64,000 nucleotides of DNA from Octopus vulgaris (lineage: Eukaryota), in assembly GCA_951406725.2 (NCBI GenBank), contig OX597817.1:34162001-34226000 (forward strand), given 5' to 3'. How positions within the stretch are numbered: position 1 is the first letter of the stretch; every line of letters begins with the position of its first letter. A program made the position numbers and the translations under genes. Shown piece by piece: positions 22,596 through 34,825 of the stretch. The notes under the pieces were generated by a model. The model saw nothing but the letters and a program-made list of their open reading frames with translations, ran no database searches and was not told the origin of the DNA.

Positions 22596-22742
22596 ATTTC
22601 AACTGAGATTCTTTTTTTTGTTTTACCATTGAATATTTGTTCAGATGTTTTGAATGCAAAGTTTCCTTGGGTTATAAAACGTATGTTAAGGCCTGTGTTA
22701 ATGGTGTTGTGGGTTGTTAATCACCCAATCAGTCCTGATCAA

Positions 22743-22964
22743 CCCTTTTGTTACCATATTTCTATTGAGATGCTCTGTGTTTCTTTCAATTAATTTTAAA
22801 TATGACAAAGAATTTAGTAAAACAATTTAGTTATCATTAAGTTAGTGTTAGGAACATAAACTGTGACTAAGGTTTGATGGAAGACTTTAATTCAAAACTT
22901 ATGAAAACAAAACATTTGCACTCCAGAGCCAGAGCCGGTTTCAACCGGGTTGGTATCGAAAGGG
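22743..22964. mobile_element. piggyBac-like MITE (222 bp)
   Basis: TIR cccttttgttacc / ggtatcgaaaggg, flanked by tcaa / ttaa. An inverted copy of the same length lies at 46331-46552. Confidence 0.88.
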
Positions 22965-23548
22965 TTAAGCAGTTCCGTGAGTAATGGGGTTTCAACCTTA
23001 ATATCCCTGTTGTTTTCCTAGGCACAGTGCATCTCGGACCACATTATCTTATGTGTCCTCCTTGTTTGTGAAGATGGTAGAGTGAACTTGTTGGGCTCAT
23101 TATCGTAATACTATAGGTTCTATTCTTGGACTGAGCAGTGCCTCGTACCCTTGTGCAATGCACTTCATTTGTGTTGCTTCAGTCTATTTAAACAAAAATG
23201 GGAACCAGCTATGTGCTGGTACAGCCTTCTCCTTCTCCAGCTAAGACATCTTTGAAGTTCCATTTTGTCAAAGAAAAGAGGACTAAGAGGTGTCTATGTC
23301 TGCTCATGACTACATAGGCACCTATGAAACTATCTGCAAAAGTAAAAGTATATACCATGCTACAAGGTTATACTTACTTATTAGTGATGACTAGGGTTCT
23401 TTTTTTTAGTGTAACTTGAGAGTGAGTTAACTGCTATTTCTTGTAGATAAAATAATTACATAGACGTTTACATGTTGACTTAAACTAATATTGTTAGCTT
23501 CAGTCAACTCAGAAGGGTGGGGGAGAATCGTCACACAAAGGTAGATTG

Positions 23549-23770
23549 TTAACTCATTTGTCAACATATTTCTGTTAAAATATGTTGTTTTTATTTCAAT
23601 TAATTTTGAAAATATTGAAAACTTTAATAAATTAATTTTTCATTATGAAGCCAATGTTTGTAACATAAATTTACGTGAAGTTTTGAGAGATTCAATTTAA
23701 ATAATTTTAAAAGTGAAAATTTATATTATAGAACCAAAAGTCAGTCATGGACAAGTTGGTATCAAAAAGA
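23549..23770. mobile_element. Degenerate copy of the piggyBac-like MITE
   Basis: Starts ttaactcatttgtcaacatatttctgttaaaat and ends ttggtatcaaaaagatt. Confidence 0.6.
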
Positions 23771-24045
23771 TTCATTCTCCTTATCATTATCGTCATCATC
23801 ATTATCGTCATCATCATTATTGTCATCATCATTATCATCATCATCATTTAGTGTCTCTTTTCCATGCTGGCATGGGTTAGATGGCTTGACTGAAACTGGT
23901 AACCTGGAGAGCTGCACCAGGCTCCAATCTGATTTGGCAATGTCTGAAACTATTCCTTGAATTTTAATATATGAATCAACACTATATGTTATAATGCTAC
24001 CATATATCAAAATGGTTCAATACTATAAGTACCAATACTATACAA

Positions 24046-24260
24046 GGCGGTGAGCTGGCAGAATCGTTGGCACGCTGGGCAAAATGCTTAGTGGTATTTC
24101 ATCTGTCTTTATGTTCTGATTTCAAATTCCGCCAAGGTCAACTTTGCCTGTCATCCTTTCAGGGTTGATAAATTAAATACCAGTTGTGTACTGGGGTTGA
24201 TCTAATCAACTGGTCCCCCTCCACAAAAATTTTGAGCTTTGTGTCTAGAGTAGAAAAGAA
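24046..24260 (+). mobile_element. SINE family B (alternative 3' tail)
   Basis: ggcggtgagctggcagaatcg head and central block. The tail is tcccctccacaaaaattt..gtctagagtagaaaagaat. Confidence 0.85.
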
Positions 24261-24267
24261 TACTATG

Positions 24268-24641
24268 AGTACCATATACAGTGATGGTACACTGCACAAA
24301 TACTTTTGATTGTAGGTCTGTTTGATCAGAGTTGTTCTGTGGTTTGACTGCAATATCCCAGCAGTATATATAGTGATGGTACTCTATACAAAAGCTTTTG
24401 ATTGTACCTCTGCTGGATCAGGGCTGATCTATAACTAGGCAACATTTCAACACCATATACAGTTAAGCTATTACTCTTTTACTTGTTTCAGTAATTTGAC
24501 TGTGGCCATGCTGGAGCCCCGCCTTTAGTCAAGCAAATCGACCTCAGGACTTATTCTTTGTATGCCTAGTACTTATTCTGTTGGTCCTTTTGCCAAGCAA
24601 TGTTGGGGGACAAACACAGACACACAAACACACACACACAC

Positions 24642-24695
<54 letters not shown>

Positions 24696-25025
24696 ACATA
24701 TATACAATTGGCTTCTTTCAGTTTCTGTCTACCAAATCCACTCACAAGGCACATGTAGAAGACACTTGCCATGCAGTGGGGCTGAACCCGGAACCATGTG
24801 GTTGGTAAGCAAGCTACTTACCAGCCATTCCTGCGCCTATTGTACACAAATAACTTTGATCATAGATCTGTTTGATATGTAGCTAGACATTATGTAGTTA
24901 CATAGTATTTTGATATACACCATATTAAATGCTTTTGATTAAAACTCTGTTTAATGTTTAATGAGAGCTGATCTATTGTAAGACAACAACTGTTCAACAC
25001 TATATACAGTAAAGTTACTGTATAC
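24268..25025. repeat. Degenerate ~90-bp tandem array interrupted by a SINE
   Basis: Units begin ac(c/t)atatacagt at ~24271, 24363, 24452 and 24999, and share cttttgat...tctg.ttgatcag.gctgatct. Confidence 0.65.
24472..24838 (-). mobile_element. SINE family A with internal (TA)n
   Basis: Full tail-to-head match with two internal deletions. Confidence 0.9.
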
Positions 25026-25124
25026 ATATATTTCATTAATTTACGGTTCTGAACACAAAGCCTTCTATGTATTTAGATTAGAAAGAAATAGTCTCTGTTT
25101 GGCACACTGGTTAAATGTTGATGA

Positions 25125-25545
25125 CATCATCATCATCATCGTTTAACATTCGCTTTTCATGCTAGCATGGGTTGGACAGTTCAACTGGGGTCTGGGAAGC
25201 CAGGAGGCTGCACCAGGCCCAGTTCGATCTGGCAGTATTTCTACATCTGGATGCCCTTCGTAACGCCAACCACTCCGTGAGTGTAGTGGGTGCTTTTTAC
25301 GTGCCAGGTGAGGCTGGCAACGGCCACGATTGGTTCGTGGTTTTTACGTGCCACCGGCACGGAGGCCAGTCGAGGCGGCACTAGCAACGGCCATGTTCGG
25401 ATGGTTCTTTTACATGCCACCGGCACTGGTATCACAACTACAATTTCCATTGATTTTTGATTGATTTTGAATTCGATTTCAATTTCACTTGTCTCAACAG
25501 GTCTTCGCAAGCGGATTTTGTGTCCCAAGAAGGAAAGGTATGCCA
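25125..25545 (-). mobile_element. Family D retroposon with extra upstream sequence
   Basis: D tail and tandem units. On the minus strand these are preceded by cttgcgaagacctgttgagacaagtgaaattgaaatcgaa, which is not seen in the shorter copies. Confidence 0.8.
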
Positions 25546-26437
25546 TGAATACAAAACTATCAGTGCTGCCCCAATAAGTCTACAGATAACAGAACATCTC
25601 AGAGAGTAATTCGGAATCAAATCTTCAAGGTAGTAGTCTAAAAGCAAAATCGGCTTAATTTAAACTGAGTGGACTAATATTAGTTAGATGAGGAGAATAT
25701 TAGATGAAAACAAGGTTATTAGGGATAATTGCTAATTTCTAACTGGACTCAGAGGGAAGTTAACAGATGTTAGCATTTATAACATAAACCTGTCTAACAC
25801 CAAAATACCAAGAGAAAATCATACATGATTTATAATTCATCAATATGATTGTTTTACCAATTACATAAAGTGTTTATTAACCTAGACTAGACATCATCAA
25901 GGAATTAAGTACTGTAAGGTCTTTATGTTATAAACTAGTTTTCCCTCCAGGGACATCATAGACTTCAAATTTGCTATATTTTGTGTCAACAAAAGTTTCA
26001 AAGCAGAATATAAATACATTTTTTAATACTTTAAAATATTTTTTTTAAAAAATGTTTTTTGACTTTTCACTTTTGTTTTTCATGAAAGGTTCAGAAACCA
26101 ACCAATTGGCTTATATTGATTATCTGCATCAGTTATATTAACTTTTGATAATATCTTCATTAATCTCACATAATATTTACATAACTTTCACAATATCTTT
26201 TCTTGTCTGGTCAAAAGAGAAGGGGGTACCTGTCAATATTTGAATGATCTGAGCTAATTATTAAATCTATTCTTCTTGTTTAAATAGATAACCATGATGA
26301 AATAAAATAGAATTGATTTATTTACCAATAGGCTTACAAGTTTATAAACAGAAGGAAATTATGTGAAACCAATTAGGTTTATTCACTTATTATTGCGATC
26401 TTTTTTTATTTGATGGACATTGATGAAATTTACTTAC

Positions 26438-26488
26438 ACGTGGTCTATTGCCGCAACTGTTCTCGAATTTTCTCTTGTTTACGAATTT
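26438..26488 (-). other. Candidate 51-nt exon
   Basis: Minus strand: ttttctaat..aattttttggtAG | exon | GTAAGT. It is CpG-rich within AT-rich unique DNA and reads KFVNKRKFENSCGNRPR or IRKQEKIREQLRQ*. Confidence 0.4.
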
Positions 26489-27803
26489 CTACCAAAAAAT
26501 TTTATGCATTAGAAAATTATCAATCCATTGAACCAGTGATCAATTGATTAATCCAATCAACCAAGCAGCCAAGCAGCCAATCAGTCAAGCAGAATGAGAA
26601 GAGTAGGTTGTCTGTCTGTATGTCTGTCCACCCATCCAACAGTTCATTATGCAGCTAGATGTATACATTTAATATAGTTAATCATTCTATTATTATTCAG
26701 GCTTTCTATGTTATTATCTATGTATCTCTTTCTCTCATGTGTATATGGGTCTGTCTATTTATGTGTATTGTTTTTGGTTTCTTTGTTCTTTGTGTGATCT
26801 CTCACCCCCCTCTCTCTCTGTCTCTGACATGTCACTCTCTCCAGGTTTCCATCTATCTTTCTGTCTATCTGCTTATCTTTTCTTTTTGTTTATTTGTCTT
26901 TTAACATATCAAACTATCAGACTAGTGTTAACACAACACTATTTTCTAGTGGCCACTTTTTTCTGTTTTTACATTCTTTTTGCTTTTAATAAATTTCATA
27001 AATGTGTCTGAACCTATTTAACCATTTTCAGTTCTTTTCTTTTTTTAATGCTAATCTAAGATCTAGAAGCTAAATACTTCAGTTGCCATTCTGTGAGTCA
27101 TTATTTTTATCAGGAGCTGATACAATCATGCCCTTTTATTATAAGCAGACAATTGTCTGCAGACTAGCATGTCTGCAAAGCATGTCTCCAGCTTGTATGT
27201 CTACATTGTTTGGCACTTTCATGGCTTGTCTTTGCTCTTATTACTCTTACCCAACTCATACCATTTTATTGTCCGTAATACATCATTCTCATCATTTTCT
27301 TTTTCTTCATATCAGAGTTGAACTATTCAAGGTTGTAAGCATTCATCAATATCTCACTACCAGCTGCTCATTTTTCCACAATCTTTCGCTTTCTCAGATT
27401 CATAAGCTCTAAGTTTACATGTAATTTACATCTACAGCCAGCATGACTGGCTAGAAATAACAACTGATTTCTCCTTTGACACACTATCCTTTACTGTCAT
27501 AATCCTTTCAATACAAACCTGTCTGAGACCATTCCTGATTCCATTAAATGAACTTCCTTTTCTAAAATTATCTAAATTAAAATATTCCATCAACATTTTA
27601 TATTAATAAGCATTAATATTAATAAATCATTTGATAATGACAAAATTCTTGTTTATTTTCAAAATTAATTGAAATAAAAGTAGGGTATTTCAACAGAAAT
27701 ATAATAAGAAAAGGTTTAAAAAGAACATTTTGAATTATGTACTCCATGGTACAATTATTGTTTGTTCAATCCCTTGTTTGTTTCTATACTGGTATAAGTA
27801 CAA

Positions 27804-28065
27804 TATAAATAAATAAATGCGCCCTTTTTAAAGCCTAACCAGGCTCATGGCCCGGTTTCCTGGTTTCTATGGTGTATGTGTTCCCTAGCTGGACTGGACG
27901 CCAGTCCATCACAGCGTTACTCATTTTTGCCAGCTGAGTGAACTAGAGCAACGTGAAATGAAGTGTTTTGCTCAAGAACACAACGCGTCGCCCAGTCCAA
28001 AAGTTGAAACCACAATCTTACAAGCATGGTGCTGACACCCTAACCACTAAGCCACACGCCTCCAC
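27804..28065 (-). mobile_element. tRNA/CORE-like SINE (E head, alternative tail) with 13-bp TSD
   Basis: TSD ggtataagtacaa at 27791-27803 and 28066-28078, with an (ATTT)n tail. Confidence 0.9.
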
Positions 28066-28316
28066 GGTATAAGTACAACAGATACTTATTTGAGATGATA
28101 TTTTACAGCTGGGTGTTTTTATTGTTACTTATCATTACCTGTTTTGCAAGTAAAGAATATTTTTATATTTCATTAAACTTCAAAACTGCAGAGCTTATAG
28201 GACAAGCTGTTCACCAGAAATGTAAACATGATGTCACCATATTTAGCTCAAGTAAAGAAGTTAAAATGATGCCTTCTCACACCCACATTTATACATATGC
28301 ATGTACACATGCACAT

Positions 28317-28376
<60 letters not shown>

Positions 28377-28379
28377 GAA

Positions 28380-28870
28380 GGTATGCCTTTAGATTGTTGC
28401 TCAACTTGTTAGAAATAACAGCAAAATCTTCCTCAAGTTACATTCTACTGTCTTGGGGAAAGAGAAATACACATTGGTCAGTGTAATATTAGATATACAA
28501 AAAGAGAGGATGGCCATGTCAGGAACACCTTTGATCATGGATTTGTTCAAATGAGGCTAACCAAGGGCCTAAATGATGGCATCAAGCATGATGGTATCTT
28601 CTACCTCTCTAAGGCGGCGAGCTGGCAGAACCGTTAGCACGCTGGGCGAAATGCTTAGTGGTATTTTGTCTGCCGTTACGTTCTGAGTTCAAATTCCGCC
28701 GAGGTTGACTTTACCTTTCACCCTTTCGGGGTTGATAAATTAAGTACCAGTTACGCACTGGAGTCTATGTAATCGACTTAATACCTATGTCTGTCTTTGT
28801 TTGTCCCCTCTATGTTTAGCCCCTTGTGGGTAATAAAGAAATAGGTATCTTCTGCCTTGCTTAAACAAAG
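28380..28870 (+). repeat. Local duplication copy 1 (carries the SINE B insertion)
   Basis: 28380-28606 plus 28858-28870 is nearly identical to 29770-30009. Confidence 0.92.
28607..28843 (+). mobile_element. SINE family B, young, with 14-bp TSD
   Basis: TSD ggtatcttct(a/g)cct at 28593-28606 and 28844-28857. The empty site is at 29983-29996. Confidence 0.93.
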
Positions 28871-29769
28871 ACAAAAAGTCTTTTGTTATTAAATTCCATA
28901 TTGATATGAATGTCTAACTTCTAAATAATAAATTTGATAATGGAACTACCATCCCCCACCTTGGCTATAATTATGAAAGTCCTATGTTCTTTGTATATTT
29001 TTCATCTAGTATATGTAAACCATGTAAAACCATTTAATTCGGACATTTTAACTTTTGAAGCCATTTTGGTAGCCTTCAGCTCAAAATTTGAGGAGGTACT
29101 TGAGATTATCTCAGCCTCTTTGAAAGTAAAGTAAAAACAGGTAATTTTGAGGATAGAAAGAAAGAGAGAGAGAGAGGAGGGGGCACAGTTGTTGATTAAG
29201 CCCCAAGTCAGTTCTGTTTGAACAAGCTTATGATCAAAGACAGGTCTTCTTTAGAAACAATTTATCCAATAAAGATGAAAACCGGCAGAGTTATTAGAGA
29301 ATTGGACAGAAGGTCTTGCAGTATTTGTTCTGACTCCCTGGACTTTGAGTTCAAATATCTCTAAAGTCAACTCTGCCTTTCATCCTTTTCAGCTTCTTCA
29401 TCATCATCATCATGTTTTTTAACATCCACTTTCCAATGATTGCATGGGTCAGAGTTTATTGAGGCATATTTTCTATGGCCAAATGCCCTTCCTGTTGTCA
29501 ATCCTTGCGTGTTTCTAAGCAAGATAATGTTTCCCCAAGGCCAGACGTATTTTTGCAGAATATTGGAAATGAACGACATTCATTTATAACAACCATCAAT
29601 GTCAAAACAAGGAGACATGTATACACACACTCATACATACATACATACATACATACATACATACATACACATGTTTGTGTGTGTGTGTGTGTGCACATGT
29701 GCATATATATATATATACAAAAATGTTGTTGACAGTGACTTCAAAGCCTTCAAAGACTTCAAAGAAATA

Positions 29770-30009
29770 GGTATGCCTTTAGATGGTTGCTCATCTTGTT
29801 AGAAATAACAACAAAATCTTCCTCAAGTTACATTCTACTGTCTTGGGGAAAGAGAAGTACACATTGGTCAATGTAATCTTAGATATACAAAAAGAGAGGA
29901 TGGCCATGTCAGGAACACCTTTGATCATGGATCTGTTCTAATGAGGCTAACCAAGGGCCTAAATGATGGCATCAAGCATGATGGTATCTTCTACCTTGCT
30001 TAAACAAAG
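29770..30009 (+). repeat. Local duplication copy 2 (empty site)
   Basis: Contiguous ggtatcttctacct-tgcttaaacaaag with no SINE. Confidence 0.92.
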
Positions 30010-30167
30010 GACACATTGAAGTGTCTACCCGCTAGAAATAAGAGTTAAAACCACCAAAAATTTCACTGAAAATAACAGATACAACAGTATACGGGTGAGC
30101 AAGCCAAAAAAAGATCTCTCACATACCATTATAGCATAAAGCTATATATTTAATGAAACAGGAATAT

Positions 30168-30218
30168 ATGTGGACCAGTTTCTGGTTTGACACAAAGTTC
30201 TTACCTTCTTCAGCACAT
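30168..30218 (-). ncRNA. Minimal type I hammerhead ribozyme motif (Penelope-like element/retrozyme style)
   Basis: Minus strand ATGTG-CTGAAGA-AGGT[aagaactttgtgtcaa]ACCA-GAAA-CTGG-TC-CACAT. It has a perfect 5-bp stem I, CUGANGA and GAAA cores, a GGT/ACC stem II, a short stem III and a GUC cleavage triplet. Confidence 0.7.
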
Positions 30219-30318
30219 CTTAACTCTTAGAAATCTTCCCAGTCCGGCACGTTGATATCTTCTGGCATCCTTAATTGCTTAGCACCAAAATGTGGACAGC
30301 CTCAGTGTGAAAGTACTA

Positions 30319-30400
30319 ATCAGCAGCAAAAATATTCAGAATTGAATATTTGTATCGATATTAATATTGTTATTCAATTCTGAGTATTTTTGCTGTTGAT
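30319..30400. repeat. Hairpin with 30-bp arms and a 22-nt loop
   Basis: atcagcagcaaaaatattcagaattgaata / tattcaattctgagtatttttgctgttgat, with two mismatches. Confidence 0.92.
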
Positions 30401-30419
30401 ATATATATATATATATATA

Positions 30420-30900
30420 AAAATACAAAATAGGACAAGAACGCAAAACATTCAGAAGACGATACAAAAAACACAAATGGGTCATTCGAAGCCTTTAATC
30501 TTCAGTCAAGAACCGGATCATCCTCGCAATTTCGGCTGATTAATCTTGAGATTGCTCCAATCTGGCCAGCCCCAAGGAAAAAACTTAGCTAAACAAATTA
30601 AATTCCTTGGAAAAAAGCTTCAAATGGATATGAAACAAGGACGGAAAAATGGACGATGTTACACAAATATGAATACAAAAATAATACGAAAAAACAACAA
30701 CAATAATAATTATAATAATAATAATAATAACAATAACAGGACATCACAACAGGCGTCTTTCAACTTAGACGAATTGAACTCAGCTGGCATGTTAGGAATG
30801 TGCCTTGGGGCAGAGAAAAAAAATGTTGATGTTACCATGTCCGCTGCCAGAGCCAAAAGGCCAGTAGTCGGCCAGTCAGTCACGTGTGAAGAGAAGAGAG
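30420..30900. mobile_element. Unclassified repeat remnant, possibly Penelope-related
   Basis: CpG-retaining, A-rich segment bounded by (TA)n tracts and adjacent to the hammerhead and hairpin. No coding motif was recognised. Confidence 0.3.
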
Positions 30901-30907
30901 AGGAAAA

Positions 30908-30945
<38 letters not shown>

Positions 30946-31494
30946 GTGTGTGTGTGTGTATATTTGGTAAGGTAGATTTTTTTCTACTGTCAGATGCTAT
31001 TCCTGTTGCCAAATCTCATCCTCCAATTACAGTAATATTTCCCCAAAATTGGAATTGTTCTCATGGAAGATTGGAACTAAATGACACCATTTTATGATGT
31101 TGACATTCATTTAAACTACAAAGCAGGATGCAACAAACAAGTAAAATAAACTACATACAGATATGACTGGCTTCTTACAGTTTCCATTTGCTAAATCCTC
31201 TTCTAAGGTTTTTAACCAGCCTGAGGCTATAGAAGACATTTGCCCAAAGACTATGCAGTGGAACTGAACCTGGACTCACAAGGTCAGAAAGAGAACCTTC
31301 TTAACCACATGCACACAGAAACATACACACACACACACACACATGCAAACAAACATGCACACACACAGCTCAAAACCTACCAAAGTTAATTTTGCTTTTC
31401 ATCTTCCCAAGGGTGAGAAAATAAACAGTCAAGCATGCGTAATGATGGTGGTGGTAGTGGTGGTGGTGAAGGAGGAGGGGGGAGAAGAAGAAGA

Positions 31495-31528
<34 letters not shown>

Positions 31529-32227
31529 AGTTTAATATGTCTATAAAGTATCAAATTCTGCTGAGGTTGACTTTGCCTTTCATCCTTTTGGAGTTGATAA
31601 AATAAGTACCAGTTGATTGACTTGGGCCCCACCCCACCCCACCCACCCCACCCTGAAATAGCTGGTCCTGTGCAAAAGCTCAAAATCAATATTTCTATTA
31701 GATATCTTAGATGTGAATACAACTATAAATGAATTTAAATTTCTCGTTCTGTTTCTATGATATCTATTTTGTTTGTTTGTTTGTTTGTATGTATGTATGT
31801 ATGTATGTATGTATGCATGCATGCATGCATACTTTTGTATGGGTATGTGTTTGTGCATGTGCATGTGCAGTGTTATATTTCTTTATTTTGTTAAGTTCAT
31901 TCAACCAAACAGGAATATATCTTATTTGTTGGTAATTTACACTGCAATAACTTCAATTAAATTTCACACTTTTCTAATATTTTGCATAATTTTATCTGTG
32001 CAGAAAGTAAGTTACATTAAACTTAATTAGATCAGCTATTTATATTCTTTGTATAAAACTTCGAAGTTAGTGTGTTTAACATTCAATAATGACATAAAAT
32101 AACCTGATTTTTGGTGTACGCTCGTTTCAGTTTCTACAACAGCTGACCAAAATATTCTCTTTCACACTGTTGATGTATCATTCATTTCATTGGACAGCTA
32201 ACATACACAATTTTTTTAATGTATTTT

Positions 32228-32610
32228 CCGTGCTGTGGCATGTAAAAAGCACCATTGGAGTGTGATCATTATCAACGTCATTTTCTGGCACTTGTGCTGG
32301 TGGCACATGAAAAACATTCAAGCGAGGTCATTGCCAGTGCCACTGGACTGGCTCCTGTGCAGGTGGCATGTAAAAAACACCATATAAGCTTTGCCGTTGT
32401 CAGTACCACCTGACTGGTCCTCATGCTGGTGGCATGTAAAAGCACCCACTACACTCTTGGAGTGGTTGGCATTAGGAAGGGCATCCAGCTGTAGAAACTC
32501 TTGCCAGATTGAGATTGGAGCTTGGTGCAGCCATCTGGTTCGCCAGTCCTCAGTCAAATCGTCCAACCCATGCAAGCATGGAAAGCAGATGTTAAACGAT
32601 GATGATGGTG
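32228..32610 (+). mobile_element. Family D retroposon
   Basis: Tandem gtggca..taaaaa.cacc units, ggaagggcatccagctgtagaaac and a (GAT)n tail. Confidence 0.88.
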
Positions 32611-32891
32611 ATTTGTTTTCTGTCACAGCAAACTAAGACTTGTCTATTATGTGTGCTATTCATGACCTCTGTAACAGAATCTTCTGCTGTTATTTCTTGT
32701 TTTACAAAGTGCTGATTCAATTCAACTACTCTAGAATCTCATTTATTATCACCAGAAAAAATCCTTCAAAGTCACTGCCAAACTTTGCCTTGTAAATGTT
32801 TAATAAACATGTACTCTAGTAAAAGTATTGAGTGATTCTTCAGTTTAATGTTAAATTGCTTTCATATAACTTGACATAAAAACAAGCATAA

Positions 32892-33257
32892 AACAAGAGC
32901 ACTGAGAGAGCACAAACCTCCGCCAAGATAACACCAACATCCTCTCAATGATTAGCCAGAGATGATTTTTAAAATGAGAATATCTGAAATAAACTTAACT
33001 GCTCTCACAAACGAGAATACTAAAAACGAACCCGAATGCTCTCAAAAATTAGGTAAAAAGAATGGAAAAATAATCCAGAATCCTTGTCTGGTACTGGATC
33101 GATCCCAGAATCTAATCAGTTCGTGCCAATCAGGAAGCCAAGCATCCCTGAAAGTTTCATCCAAATCCATGCAGCGATTCTTGAGATACCTTGTCCATGG
33201 ACAAACAAACAAACACAACTGATAACAATACCTCCGCCTTTGCTAAAGCAGAGGTAA
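32892..33257. mobile_element. Helentron/DINE-1-like non-autonomous element
   Basis: acctccgcc occurs near both ends, with a terminal stem-loop acctccgccttt-gct-aaagcagaggt, an internal (ACAA)n, A-run flanks and no TSD. Confidence 0.7.
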
Positions 33258-33809
33258 AAATACACACACACACATGTATAGAGAGGGAGGGAGGTATGGA
33301 TGGATGGATAGATTGATAGATAGACAGACAGACAGACAGATAGGTGCATGCATATGTGTGTGAATTCAAACTAAAGATATCTTAAATATTTTACAGATTT
33401 TTCAAGACTAAGTCAGTCTATGTCATATGATACTGTGTCTTGTTTTATTTATTTGTTATTTTGTTTTGTTAGAATACATTTTTATTTTTGTTTATTACAT
33501 CAATATTTTGTTATGTAATTTATTGGATTAATAGTTTGGGTGACAGAGGAAAAAAGAAAAAAAATCTATAATTTGGGTACCAAAGCTGTATTAGTTCACT
33601 TTATATGACACGAATTAACAGCTGTTGGTCAGTTGACCTTCATAACAATGCATAATCTTTGTTCTTTACTACAAAGTACAACATCATTTCTCTTGTACTT
33701 TCATTGAGTAACTTTTGATTAGAAGCTTCTAGCAGAATTTTTATATTTTATTTTAAAGATGTGGAACATGCCCTGGCCATCTTTGGGATTATACTTTTTT
33801 TCCCTTTTC

Positions 33810-34160
33810 TTTTTACTTGTGATCCTTGGTCTGCGTCCATCGTGGGGCACTGCTTTGAAGTGTTGAATTTAACAAATGGACCCAAGTGCTTATTTTTTAA
33901 GCCTAGTACTTATTTTATCAGTCTCTGTGCTGAATTACAGGACAGTAAACAAACCACCACCGGTTGTCAAGTAATGGTAGGGGGACAAACACAAAGACAC
34001 ACTGTGCGTACACACACATACACACACACAGGCTTCTTTCAGTTTCCGTTGACTTAGGCTGTAGTAGCAGACACTTGCCCCATGTGCCACACAGTGGGAA
34101 TGAACCCAAGACCACATGGTTGGGAAGCAATCTTTTGAACCACCTTATGACTGTGCCTAT
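33810..34160 (-). mobile_element. SINE family A, diverged
   Basis: aagcctagtacttattttatc...ggttgtcaag...gacacttgccc...accacatggttgggaagc. Confidence 0.75.
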
Positions 34161-34343
34161 CCACATAGCCACACATGCATAAAATTTTGTAATGCTCTCA
34201 TACACCAGAGACATGTTAACTTGCAGATACTAAAAGAATTTTTTGAGAATGGAGATAATAGCAACTACACCGGTGTGTGTGTGTGTGACTAAATTGACAT
34301 TTCCTACTGGAACTTGCTGTTTTGTAGGGTTCTTGCACTTAGT

Positions 34344-34574
34344 CTTTTACTCTTTTACTTGTTTCAGTTATTTGACTGTGGCCATGCTGGAGCACCGCCT
34401 TTAGTCGATCGAGCAAATTGACATCAGGACTTATTCTTTGTAAGCCTAGTACTTATTCTATCGGTCTCTTTTGCTGAACCGCTAAGTTACGGGAATGTAA
34501 ACACACCAGCATCGGTTGTCAAGCGATGTTGGGGGGACAAACACAGACACACAAACATATACACACACATACAT

Positions 34575-34655
<81 letters not shown>

Positions 34656-34825
34656 CATATATACAATGGGCTTTCAGTTTCCATCTACCAAATCCACTCA
34701 CAATGCTATGGTCGGCCCAAGGCTATAATAGAAGACACTTGCCCAAGGTGCCATGCAGTGGGACTGAACCCAGAGCCATGTGGTTCGTAAGCAAGCTACT
34801 TACCACATAGCCGCTCCTACGCCTT
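34344..34825 (-). mobile_element. SINE family A, full length, with a long internal (TA)n
   Basis: Complete tail, body, microsatellite and head. Confidence 0.93.

Noticed and set aside
29737-29765. 9-bp triple repeat gacttcaaa
   Set aside because: It is a short slippage product with no further structure.
30480-30560. CTGAAGA..CGAA and CTCAAGA..GAAA motifs on the minus strand as additional hammerheads
   Set aside because: Stems II and III and the cleavage triplet could not be formed convincingly.
30546-31097. 183-aa ORF
   Set aside because: It runs through (AAT)n and (TA)n tracts and a repeat fragment, with no recognisable domain.
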